From positions 1-52,100 of the forward strand of contig DATIFK010000216.1 in assembly GCA_035455265.1 (NCBI GenBank): a stretch of 52,100 bases of DNA. Direction: 5' to 3'. Numbering within the stretch: the stretch's first letter is position 1; every line of letters starts with the position of its first letter. Position numbers and translations under genes: made by a program. The notes under the pieces were generated by a model, which had not been told where the DNA came from, made no database searches, and worked only from the letters and a program-made list of their open reading frames with translations. This document shows, one piece after another, positions 42,516-49,786 of the stretch. The stretch comes from Anaerolineales bacterium (GTDB lineage: Bacteria > Chloroflexota > Anaerolineae > Anaerolineales > E44-bin32).

Positions 42516-43574
42516 TCAGCCGCGGGCGAGCTGATCCTTCAGACTCTCGATCGCCGGGATCGGCGTCGGATCGAGGCCGTAGGCCATCGCCAGGTAGAAG
42601 GCGGCATAGTCCCCGTAGTGCAAACACGTCCATTGCTGAGCCAGGCGGTTGTCCCCCACCCCGTCAACGGCATCGGTGTTGAACCCTTCGACCATGAAGA
42701 TGTGCCGCGTGGCGTCGAGGCGGCGCACCAGGCGCGGATCGTCCAGAGGAGCCCGCAGGCAAACGACCATGATCCTCTGGGCCACGCCGGCCGGCTGCAC
42801 CACACCGGACACCACGTTGTGATTCGCCTCCGGCAACTCTTCGAAACTCCCCCCGGCTTTGGCCAGTTCGTTCATCTGCGTGCGCCAGCGCCGAGCCACC
42901 GGCGCCGTCAGGCCGGCACCGAAGAGCAACGGCCAGCGGTCCATAAACTGACCGCCCATGCGCTTGGCTGGGTTGTGCACTGCCGGCACCGCCGCCCCGA
43001 AGGCCTGCTGCTGACTGCGCATGGCGGCGACGGCTTCTTCGATCTCTTTGGACGGGTCGGGCACCAGCCCGCATCGCCACAACAAGGCCAGGGTCAACCC
43101 AAAAGAGAATCCCACGGCCGCTCTGGGCGGCCCCGCATGCTCGAAGGTCCATAGAACGGCCCCCGCCCCACGGGCCCGCTTCGCCAGCTCGCCGCCGGTG
43201 GTGATCGCCGCAATCTGTGTTCCGTTGGCGCGCGCCGCCTCGAAGGCCGTCAGGGTTTCCTCCGTGTTGCCCGAATGCGAGCAGGCGACGACGAGCGTCT
43301 CCGGGCCGCGCGCCCAGGGCGGCAGGTCGTATCCCCTCCAGACGTGCAGCGCGGCTCGCGCTGACGGCTGAGCGTAGTGTGCCACCAGGTCGGCCCCGAT
43401 GGCCGAGCCTCCCATGCCGCACAGAATCACCTGACGGAGGTCCTTCCACGCCGGCAAGGGAAGGTCTGCCCCAAGACGCCAGGCGTTTTCGAGCTGCCCT
43501 GGCAGTGCCTCGATCTTGGCCAGCATCCCGTCCTTGTCCAGCGCGGAGATCCTCCCCACATCGTCCAGGTTCAT
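42516..43574 (-). CDS. Bifunctional phosphoglucose/phosphomannose isomerase (SIS domains)
   Basis: ATG 43574 overlaps the rsmI stop (ATGA). GMGGSAIGADL and CSHSGNTEET SIS motifs. Confidence 0.8.
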   Translation of the reverse strand: MNLDDVGRISALDKDGMLAKIEALPGQLENAWRLGADLPLPAWKDLRQVILCGMGGSAIGADLVAHYAQPSARAALHVWRGYDLPPWARGPETLVVACSHSGNTEETLTAFEAARANGTQIAAITTGGELAKRARGAGAVLWTFEHAGPPRAAVGFSFGLTLALLWRCGLVPDPSKEIEEAVAAMRSQQQAFGAAVPAVHNPAKRMGGQFMDRWPLLFGAGLTAPVARRWRTQMNELAKAGGSFEELPEANHNVVSGVVQPAGVAQRIMVVCLRAPLDDPRLVRRLDATRHIFMVEGFNTDAVDGVGDNRLAQQWTCLHYGDYAAFYLAMAYGLDPTPIPAIESLKDQLARG

Positions 43575-44389
43575 TCGCCCTCCACCGCCAATCGATAGAC
43601 CTCCCGCCGGATCCAGCCGGAGGCCTCGGCCACGGCGCGCGCCGCGCTCGTCGGGCTCTCTCCGAGTCGCCGGCGCCGGCGCAGCTCTTTCCGCACGCCC
43701 GCCTCGTCCCACGCCGCCGCGGCCGCCCCGCCGACCACCAAGGTGAACTCGCCGCGCGGAGGCTTGTCGGCGAAGTAGGCCTGCAGCGAGGAGAGGGATC
43801 CGCGTCGAATCTCCTCGTGGAGTTTCGTCAGCTCGCGGCAGGCCGCCGCCGGCCTCTCGCCGCCCAGAGCGCGCACCAGGTCGGCCAGCGCCGACCGCAA
43901 CCGATGGGGCGCTTCGAACAACACCAGCGTACGCGGTTCGGAGGCGATCCCCTTCAGCAGCTTGCGCCTCTCGGCCGCATGGCGCGGCAGGTACCCGAGA
44001 TAAAGGAAGGCGTCGCTCGGCAGGCCCGAGGCGACCAGCGCCGCCACCGGCGCCGATGCCCCGGGGATGGGCCGGACGGTGTGGCCGGCGTCGAGGGCGG
44101 CGCGCACCAGCTCGTATCCAGGATCGGAGAGCCCGGGCGTTCCGGCGTCCGAGACCAGGGCCACATCCTCCGTCTCGAGGGCGCGCAGGATGCGCCCCAG
44201 CCGGGCGCGTTTGTTGTGCTCGTGGTAGCTGATCTGAGGGGTCTCGATGCCGTAGTGCTGCAGGAGCCGACCGGTGTGCCGCGTGTCCTCGCTGGCAATG
44301 TGGCCGACCTCCTTCAAGAGGCGCAGGGCCCGCAGCGTGATGTCCTCCAGGTTGCCGATCGGAGTCGCCACCAGGTAGAGCGTGCCCAC
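43571..44389 (-). CDS. rsmI: 16S rRNA (cytidine1402-2'-O)-methyltransferase
   Basis: GTG start. GTLYLVATPIGNLEDITLRAL motif. Confidence 0.9.
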   Translation of the reverse strand: MGTLYLVATPIGNLEDITLRALRLLKEVGHIASEDTRHTGRLLQHYGIETPQISYHEHNKRARLGRILRALETEDVALVSDAGTPGLSDPGYELVRAALDAGHTVRPIPGASAPVAALVASGLPSDAFLYLGYLPRHAAERRKLLKGIASEPRTLVLFEAPHRLRSALADLVRALGGERPAAACRELTKLHEEIRRGSLSSLQAYFADKPPRGEFTLVVGGAAAAAWDEAGVRKELRRRRRLGESPTSAARAVAEASGWIRREVYRLAVEGE

Positions 44390-44395
44390 GGCGGT

Positions 44396-44401
44396 ATTGT
44401 A
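44396..44401 (-). promoter_or_regulatory. -10 box (TACAAT) 6 nt upstream of the rsmI GTG
   Basis: Minus strand TACAAT-ACCGCC-GTG. No SD. Confidence 0.45.
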
Positions 44402-44407
44402 GCAGGC

Positions 44408-44446
44408 GTCGAAATGAAGACCTCCGGCGCGCCGGCGCCGGAGGTC
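44408..44446 (-). terminator. Terminator after csp
   Basis: GACCTCCGGCGC-GCCG-GCGCCGGAGGTC 12-bp stem. On the minus strand it is followed by TTCATTTCG. Confidence 0.5.
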
Positions 44447-44471
44447 GAAGGTGCGTGGTGGGAGAGTCGGA

Positions 44472-44702
44472 TCAGGCTTTGTCGCTGGCGACGGCCCTCA
44501 CGGCGACGGCCTGCGGTCCCTTGGGGGTGTCCTCCACGGTGTAGGTCACCTGCTGCCCCTCTTCGAGGTTCCGGTAACCTTCGCCCTCGATCCCGCTGAA
44601 ATGGACGAAGATTTCCTTCCCCCCGTCATCGGGAGCGATGAAGCCGTAGCCTTTGACGCGGCTAAACCACTTCACCGTCCCTTGCATGCGGTTCGACTCC
44701 AT
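44472..44702 (-). CDS. Cold-shock protein (CspA family)
   Basis: KWFSRVKGYGFI (RNP1) and FVHFS (RNP2). ATG 44702 lies 5 nt after GGGAGG. Confidence 0.9.
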   Translation of the reverse strand: MESNRMQGTVKWFSRVKGYGFIAPDDGGKEIFVHFSGIEGEGYRNLEEGQQVTYTVEDTPKGPQAVAVRAVASDKA

Positions 44703-44824
44703 ATTCGCCTCCCAACTGGCGCGCACTTGAGGCGACCCCCATGAGGGCCCATGGGCCCTCACCCGGCCGGAAATCCCTCCTGCCTAGCGGGGATCTGCGA
44801 CCCAGTGCTCCCGAAGTGGCGCCG

Positions 44825-44853
44825 ACTCTAGCACAGGAGACAAGGGGCGGCAA
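44825..44853 (-). promoter_or_regulatory. Candidate csp promoter
   Basis: Minus strand TTGCCG (44853-44848), 17 nt, TAGAGT (44830-44825). About 120-nt 5' UTR with a TGAGGGCCC-ATG-GGCCCTCA hairpin. Confidence 0.4.
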
Positions 44854-44854
44854 T

Positions 44855-44985
44855 ACCAGTCGTCAGTCATTAGTCGTCAGTCATCCGTCAAGAGCAAGGA
44901 CCTGCCGAGCCCCACAGGCGCCGTGTGCTTTCTTGTGCTGCCTTTCACTGACAACTGAGAACTGATGACGGACGACTCCAGACTC
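44855..44985. repeat. H7 heptamer array j (TCAG/CTGA type, inverted arms)
   Basis: CCAGTCG TCAGTCA TTAGTCG TCAGTCA TCCGTCA AG, ~50-nt loop, CACTGAC AACTGAG AACTGAT GACGGAC GACTCCA GACTC. Confidence 0.85.
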
Positions 44986-44990
44986 TCCGT

Positions 44991-45020
44991 TTGACTCGCC
45001 GCTTGCGCCTGTGTTAGACT
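44991..45020 (+). promoter_or_regulatory. Candidate promoter of the SAM riboswitch transcript
   Basis: TTGACT, 18 nt, TAGACT. The predicted start lies just before riboswitch helix P1. Confidence 0.45.
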
Positions 45021-45027
45021 GCCGATC

Positions 45028-45195
45028 CACTCATCAGGAGAGGCGGAGGGACCGGCCCTGCGATGCCTCGGCAACCCCCGTCGGCGCTGCCGGCGGAAGG
45101 TGCCAACTCCGGCAGAACGCGCGGTTCGAGGCGCGGTCTGGAAGATGAGGGACGAGATGCCGCGAACCGCCTCTTCGTCCCGAAGGGGCGTTTTC
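45028..45195 (+). promoter_or_regulatory. SAM-I (S-box) riboswitch with terminator expression platform
   Basis: CTCATCAGGAGAGGCGGAGGGACCGGCCC..GATGCCTCGGCAACC...GGTGCCAACTCCGGCAG...GAAGATGAGG matches the S-box core. Terminator GCCTCTTC-GTCCC-GAAGGGGC + GTTTT at 45169-45195. Confidence 0.85.
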
Positions 45196-45239
45196 GTCCC
45201 GTGGCCGCGAATGGAGCGGATGGCCCGTGCAGCCTGCCG

Positions 45240-47114
45240 ATGACTGAGCGTTCGGAAACCTGGCGGACCTGGCTCGCCTCGGGAGAACCGCTGCTCGCCG
45301 ACGGTGCCATGGGCACGTTGCTGCACGCGCGCGGTGTGCCCATCGACGCTTGCTTCGACGAGCTCAACCTGACGCGTCCAGACTTGGTGGCCGAGATCCA
45401 CCGGGAATACATCGAGGCCGGAGCGCGCCTGATCGAGACGAACACCTTCGGCGCCAACCCGTTCAAGTTGGCGGCTCACGGCCTGGAAACAAAGCTGGAA
45501 GAGGTCAACGCCGCGGCCGTGCGCCTGGCTCGCCGCGCCGCGGAGACGCCCAAGGATCCCGTCCTGGTGGCGGGAAGCGTCGGGCCGCTTGGCGTGCGGC
45601 TGGCACCCTTCGGGCGCATCCAGCCGGAGCAGGCGGCGGCCGCCTTCCGGCGGCAGATCGCCGCCCTGGTCGACTCCGGCGTCGACCTGCTGCTGTTCGA
45701 GACCCACACCGACGTCCGCGAGTTGTCGCTGGCGATCGAGACCGCCCGCACGATCAGCGACCTGCCTATCGTGGCCTCGATGACCTACACCCGCGACGAC
45801 AGGACCCTGTTGGGCGACAGTCCGTCTCAAGTGTGCGGGGCTTTGCTGCGCGCCGGCGCCGACGTGATCGGCGCCAACTGCTCCGGCGGACCGGCGCAGC
45901 TCCTTCGGATCCTGTACGCCATGCGACAGTCCGCGCCGACGGCGCGATTCAGCATCATGCCGAATGCCGGCTGGCCCGAGCGCGTCGCCGGGCGCATCCT
46001 GTACACGGCCACTCCCGAGTACTTCGCCGAACACGCCCGCGCCTTCCGCCAGGCCGGCGCATCGATGATTGGGGGCTGCTGCGGGACGACGCCGTCCCAC
46101 ATCGCCGCCATGCGCCAGGCGCTGGAACTGCCCTCGAATGGCGCCGAGGCGACCTTCGTGGAGATTCTCCCCGTGCCGGCCCCCGCGCCGCGCTCGCCCG
46201 ATCAGCCCACACACTTGGCCCGCCTTCTGTCCACCGGGCGCTTCGTCACCTCCGTCGAACTCGATCCTCCCCGCGGCTTCTCGACGCACAAGCTCCTGGC
46301 CGCCGCCCACCTGCTGGCCGAGGCGGGCGTCGATGTGATCAACGTGGCCGACAGCCCGATGGCCCGCATGCGCATGAGCCCCTGGGCCGTGTGCCACCTG
46401 ATCCAGAGCGAGACGGCGCTCGAGACCGTCCTGCACTTCCCGACGCGCGGCCGAAACCTGCTTCGCATCCAGGGCGACCTGCTGGCCGCCCACGCGCTGG
46501 GCGTCCGCAACGTCTTCGTCGTCATGGGCGATCCGACGGCCGTCGGGGACTATCCCGAGGCGATGGACGACTACGACGTGCCGCCCTCCGGGTTGATCCA
46601 GCTGATCAAGCATCACTTCAACGCCGGAGTGGATCAGGCCGGCGCCGACATCGGTGGTGCGACCTCGTTCGTCGTCGGGTGCGCCGTCAACCTGTGTGCA
46701 CCGGACATCGAGCGCGAGGCGCGGGTGCTGCACCGCAAAGTCAGGGCCGGCGCCGATTTCATCCTCAGCCAGCCGGTCTACGACGCCGAGGTGGTCCGCT
46801 CCTTCCGGCGACTCTACGCCGGCGCGTTCGGCCCCTTGACCACACCGCTGCTTGTCGGCCTGTTGCCCCTTCACAACGCCCGCCACGCCTCATTCCTCCA
46901 CAACGAAGTGCCCGGGATCAAGATCCCGCGGCCGGTGCGCGAGCGGATCGCCTACGCCGGCTCGGACGCGCCGGCCGAAGGCGTGCGCCTGGCGGGCGAA
47001 CTGCTCGAGGAGCTGGCCGATCAGGTGCAGGGGATCTACCTCATGCCGGCCTTCCAGCGATTCGATCTGGCCGCCGAAGTTGTCGATCGGGCCCGGCAAC
47101 TGGCAACGGCCTGA
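45240..47114 (+). CDS. Bifunctional homocysteine S-methyltransferase / 5,10-methylenetetrahydrofolate reductase (YitJ-like)
   Basis: Start at ATG 45240. N-terminal Hcy-binding domain (GANCSGGP, GGCCGTTPSHI). C-terminal MTHFR domain. Confidence 0.85.
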   Translation: MTERSETWRTWLASGEPLLADGAMGTLLHARGVPIDACFDELNLTRPDLVAEIHREYIEAGARLIETNTFGANPFKLAAHGLETKLEEVNAAAVRLARRAAETPKDPVLVAGSVGPLGVRLAPFGRIQPEQAAAAFRRQIAALVDSGVDLLLFETHTDVRELSLAIETARTISDLPIVASMTYTRDDRTLLGDSPSQVCGALLRAGADVIGANCSGGPAQLLRILYAMRQSAPTARFSIMPNAGWPERVAGRILYTATPEYFAEHARAFRQAGASMIGGCCGTTPSHIAAMRQALELPSNGAEATFVEILPVPAPAPRSPDQPTHLARLLSTGRFVTSVELDPPRGFSTHKLLAAAHLLAEAGVDVINVADSPMARMRMSPWAVCHLIQSETALETVLHFPTRGRNLLRIQGDLLAAHALGVRNVFVVMGDPTAVGDYPEAMDDYDVPPSGLIQLIKHHFNAGVDQAGADIGGATSFVVGCAVNLCAPDIEREARVLHRKVRAGADFILSQPVYDAEVVRSFRRLYAGAFGPLTTPLLVGLLPLHNARHASFLHNEVPGIKIPRPVRERIAYAGSDAPAEGVRLAGELLEELADQVQGIYLMPAFQRFDLAAEVVDRARQLATA

Positions 47115-47143
47115 GGTCAGTTGTCAGTCGTCAGTCATCAGTG
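47115..47143. repeat. H7 heptamer array k (single arm)
   Basis: GGTCAGT TGTCAGT CGTCAGT CATCAGT G begins immediately after the TGA at 47112-47114. Confidence 0.8.
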
Positions 47144-47222
47144 TGGTGACGGGGCGATGACCAACCCACAATGATCGGGGGCCAGGTGCGACGACAGTCT
47201 CGTGAATCGAGGAGGTGACGCA

Positions 47223-47582
47223 ATGGCAGAGATCAGCGAACTGGCGCTGCGAGAATGCATCCCCTGCAAGGGCGGTGTGCCACCCTTGAAAGGGGCGGAG
47301 CTGCAGAAGTTGCACTCCATGCTCGGCGGCGACTGGCGGGTGGTGGACGAGCATCATCTGGAGAAGGAATTCCGGTTCAAGAACTTCCGCCAGGCCCTCG
47401 ATTTCACCAATCGCATCGGCGAATTGGCCGAGCAGGTCAACCATCATCCGGACCTGTGTCTGGGCTGGGGCCGGACGCAGGTCACCTTGTGGACGCACAA
47501 GATTGGCGGGCTGAGCGAATCCGATTTCGTCTTCGCCGCCAAGGTGGATGCGCTGCAAGCCAACGGTGAGCGCCGGGATTAG
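47223..47582 (+). CDS. phhB: 4a-hydroxytetrahydrobiopterin (pterin-4a-carbinolamine) dehydratase
   Basis: ATG 47223 after GGAGG. ...FRFKNFRQALDFTNRIGELAEQVNHHPD... Confidence 0.85.
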   Translation: MAEISELALRECIPCKGGVPPLKGAELQKLHSMLGGDWRVVDEHHLEKEFRFKNFRQALDFTNRIGELAEQVNHHPDLCLGWGRTQVTLWTHKIGGLSESDFVFAAKVDALQANGERRD

Positions 47583-47612
47583 CGCGACGCCCAGGTTGAG
47601 AATCCCTCCACA

Positions 47613-47664
47613 GTAGGGGCGAAGCACCCTGGCACCACCCGCCAGGGCAGGTGTGCTTCGCCCT
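47613..47664. repeat. R2 structured palindromic element, copy B
   Basis: GTAGGGGCGAAGCACCCTGGCACCACCCGCCAGGGCAGGTGTGCTTCGCCCT. Same length and architecture as 9567-9618, with compensatory stem changes. Confidence 0.8.
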
Positions 47665-47714
47665 CACGAAATCCTCGGAGGCAGCCGTCCGCGAACTGTG
47701 GCGCTTATGGCGTC

Positions 47715-47742
47715 TTGACATCGCCATTCCTTGTGCTACTAT
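47715..47742 (+). promoter_or_regulatory. Promoter of the metG leader
   Basis: TTGACA, 16 nt, TACTAT. Confidence 0.55.
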
Positions 47743-47768
47743 CGGTCCTCTGGAAAAGGCGGTAGGTC

Positions 47769-47828
47769 ATGATCGTTCGGCTGACCTTGGGAATGGAGAT
47801 GCGCCAGCTGCCGACGCCGGCAGGGTGA
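47769..47828 (+). other. Candidate 19-codon leader ORF (MIVRLTLGMEMRQLPTPAG)
   Basis: ATG 47769 to TGA 47826-47828, inside the metG leader. Three Met codons, two of them in M-E-M. Weak AAGG/TAGG upstream. Confidence 0.3.
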
Positions 47829-47868
47829 GGCCCGCCGGCATTGGGCCGCCGCGCCCCGGCAGCGTCTT

Positions 47869-47898
47869 CCGCCAGCCTCGTGCTGGCGGTTTCGTTTC
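47869..47898 (+). terminator. Intrinsic terminator inside the metG leader
   Basis: CCGCCAGC-CTCGT-GCTGGCGG followed by TTTCGTTTC. Confidence 0.6.
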
Positions 47899-47993
47899 AA
47901 GTCATCAGTTCTCAGTCGTCAGGGATCAGTCAATTCCATTGCTGGCGACGGTTATCTGATGACCGACAACGGACGACCGATGACTGACGACTG
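47899..47993. repeat. H7 heptamer array l (TCAG/CTGA type, inverted arms)
   Basis: GTCATCA GTTCTCA GTCGTCA GGGATCA GTCAAT ... CTGATGA CCGACAA CGGACGA CCGATGA CTGACGA CTGG. Ends at the metG GGAGG. Confidence 0.85.
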
Positions 47994-48004
47994 GAGGCTT
48001 TCCG

Positions 48005-49786
48005 ATGCCCGACACCATCCTCGTCGCCGTGGCCTGGCCGTATGCCAACGCCGACATCCACACCGGTAATCTCGCCGGCGCCTACCTGCCGGCCGACATC
48101 TTCGCGCGCTACCATCGGCTGGCCGGGAACCGCGTCTTGATGGTCTCGGGGACGGATTCTCACGGCACGCCGATCACCGTCCGCGCCGACGCCGAACACA
48201 CCACGCCCCAGGCCCTCTACGAACGCCTCCACCGGCGATTCCTTGACCTGTTCCTTCGGGCCGGTCTGAGCTACGACCTGTTCACCAGCACGCACACCGA
48301 GAACCATTTCCGGGTCTCCCAGGATCTCTTCTTGGCCCTGCAGGCCAACGGTTACCTCTACCGGCAATCCGAGGACCAGTGGTACTCGCCCGACGAGAAC
48401 CGCTACCTGCCGGACCGCTACGTCGAGGGGGAGTGCTACATCTGTCACTACCCCAACGCCCGCGGCGACCAGTGCGACAACTGCGGCAGCCTGCTCGACT
48501 CAACCCGTCTCATCCATCCGCGCGCCCGAACCGGCGGCGGGCGACTCGAGCTGCGCCCGACCGAGCACTTCTATCTCGACCTGGCCAAACTCGCCCCGGC
48601 CCTCGAGCGCTACCTCGCCGACGACAAAGAGCACTGGCGCGCCAACGTCCTTCGCCCCTCCCTCCAGACCGTCCGCAGCGGTGAGCTTCACGGGCGGGCG
48701 ATCACTCGCGATCTGGACTGGGGTATCCCCGTGCCGGTCGACGGTTGGCAGGGCAAGTGTCTGTATGTGTGGTTCGAAGCCGTCATCGGCTACCTGTCAG
48801 CCTCCGTCGAATGGGCAGCCCAGCACGGCTCGCCGGAAGAATGGAAGGACTGGTGGTACGAGCCATCCGCCCGGACCTACTATTTCATCGGCAAGGACAA
48901 CATCCCGTTCCACGCCATCATCTGGCCGGCCCAGTTGATTGGCGCCGAGAGGCTGTACGAATCCGATCCGTCGCGCCGCCTCAATCTGCCCTACGACGTG
49001 CCCGCCAACGAGTTCCTCAATCTGGAGGGCCAGAAGATCTCCGGCAGCCGCAACTGGGCCGTGTGGGGGCTGGATTTCCTGTCGCGCTACGATCCCGACC
49101 CGCTGCGCTACTACCTCACGGCGGTCTCGCCCGAGACGCGCGACACCGAGTGGGAATGGGCCGATTTTGTCCGCCGCAACAACGATGAGCTCGTCGCCAC
49201 CTGGGGCAACCTGGTCAACCGCGTGCTTTCGTTCGCGTACCGCCACTGGGAGGGGATCGTCCCCGAGCCGGGCGAACTCGGCGCCCTCGACCAGGCCCTC
49301 CTGGCCGAAGTCGAGGCTGGTTTCGCTTCGGTGGCAAAGCTGCTCGAAGCCGTTCGCCTGCGCGATGCTCTCCAAGAAGGTATGGCTTTGGCCAAGGCCG
49401 TCAATGTCTACCTGGATCGAGCTCCGTGGTTCTCCGTCATCAAGACCGATCGGGCGGCCGCTGCCCGCACCGTCTACACCGCGCTGCGGGCCATCGATTC
49501 GCTCAAGATCTTGCTCGCTCCGTTCCTGCCCTTCACGGCCGAGCGCCTCCACGGATTCCTGGGCTATGAGGGACGCCTCTTTGGCGAGCAACGTCTCGTG
49601 AAGATCTCCGACTCATTGGGCGAACATGACGCCCTGATCTATGACCCATCCCACGCGACCGGCAACTGGGCGCCCAGTGCGTTGGCGGCGGGCCAACCGT
49701 TGCGAGAACCGGTTGCGCTCTATCGCAAGCTGGACGATTCAGTTGCGGAGGAGGAGAGGGCGCGCTTGGGACAAGGCGGAGGGTGA
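48005..49786 (+). CDS. metG: Methionine-tRNA ligase
   Basis: HTGN (HIGH) and KISGS (KMSKS) motifs. Zinc knuckle CYICHYPNARGDQCDNCG. GGAGG 8 nt upstream. Confidence 0.95.
   Translation: MPDTILVAVAWPYANADIHTGNLAGAYLPADIFARYHRLAGNRVLMVSGTDSHGTPITVRADAEHTTPQALYERLHRRFLDLFLRAGLSYDLFTSTHTENHFRVSQDLFLALQANGYLYRQSEDQWYSPDENRYLPDRYVEGECYICHYPNARGDQCDNCGSLLDSTRLIHPRARTGGGRLELRPTEHFYLDLAKLAPALERYLADDKEHWRANVLRPSLQTVRSGELHGRAITRDLDWGIPVPVDGWQGKCLYVWFEAVIGYLSASVEWAAQHGSPEEWKDWWYEPSARTYYFIGKDNIPFHAIIWPAQLIGAERLYESDPSRRLNLPYDVPANEFLNLEGQKISGSRNWAVWGLDFLSRYDPDPLRYYLTAVSPETRDTEWEWADFVRRNNDELVATWGNLVNRVLSFAYRHWEGIVPEPGELGALDQALLAEVEAGFASVAKLLEAVRLRDALQEGMALAKAVNVYLDRAPWFSVIKTDRAAAARTVYTALRAIDSLKILLAPFLPFTAERLHGFLGYEGRLFGEQRLVKISDSLGEHDALIYDPSHATGNWAPSALAAGQPLREPVALYRKLDDSVAEEERARLGQGGG

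Noticed and set aside
44877-46886. 669-aa minus-strand ORF, and the 599-aa ORF 45350..47149
   Set aside because: They overlap the YitJ-like gene. The minus-strand ORF also overlaps the SAM riboswitch and part of array j, and the plus-strand ORF runs through array k. No motifs; GC-bias artefacts.
47743-47898. T-box riboswitch upstream of metG
   Set aside because: A hairpin loop contains AUGA (a possible Met specifier), and GGGTGAGGCCCGCC loosely resembles the T-box sequence. However, the UGGN needed to pair with the tRNA NCCA end is not intact (UGAG), and I could not find the Stem I conserved motifs. Left as an alternative to be tested by a covariance-model search.
7684-47993. Heptamer arrays as CRISPR arrays, or as coding repeats (e.g. 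ORFs 37113..37388 and 47930..48448 reading through them)
   Set aside because: The units are 7 nt with no spacers and no cas genes, so they are not CRISPR. A 7-nt period is not a multiple of 3, and translations change frame with every unit.
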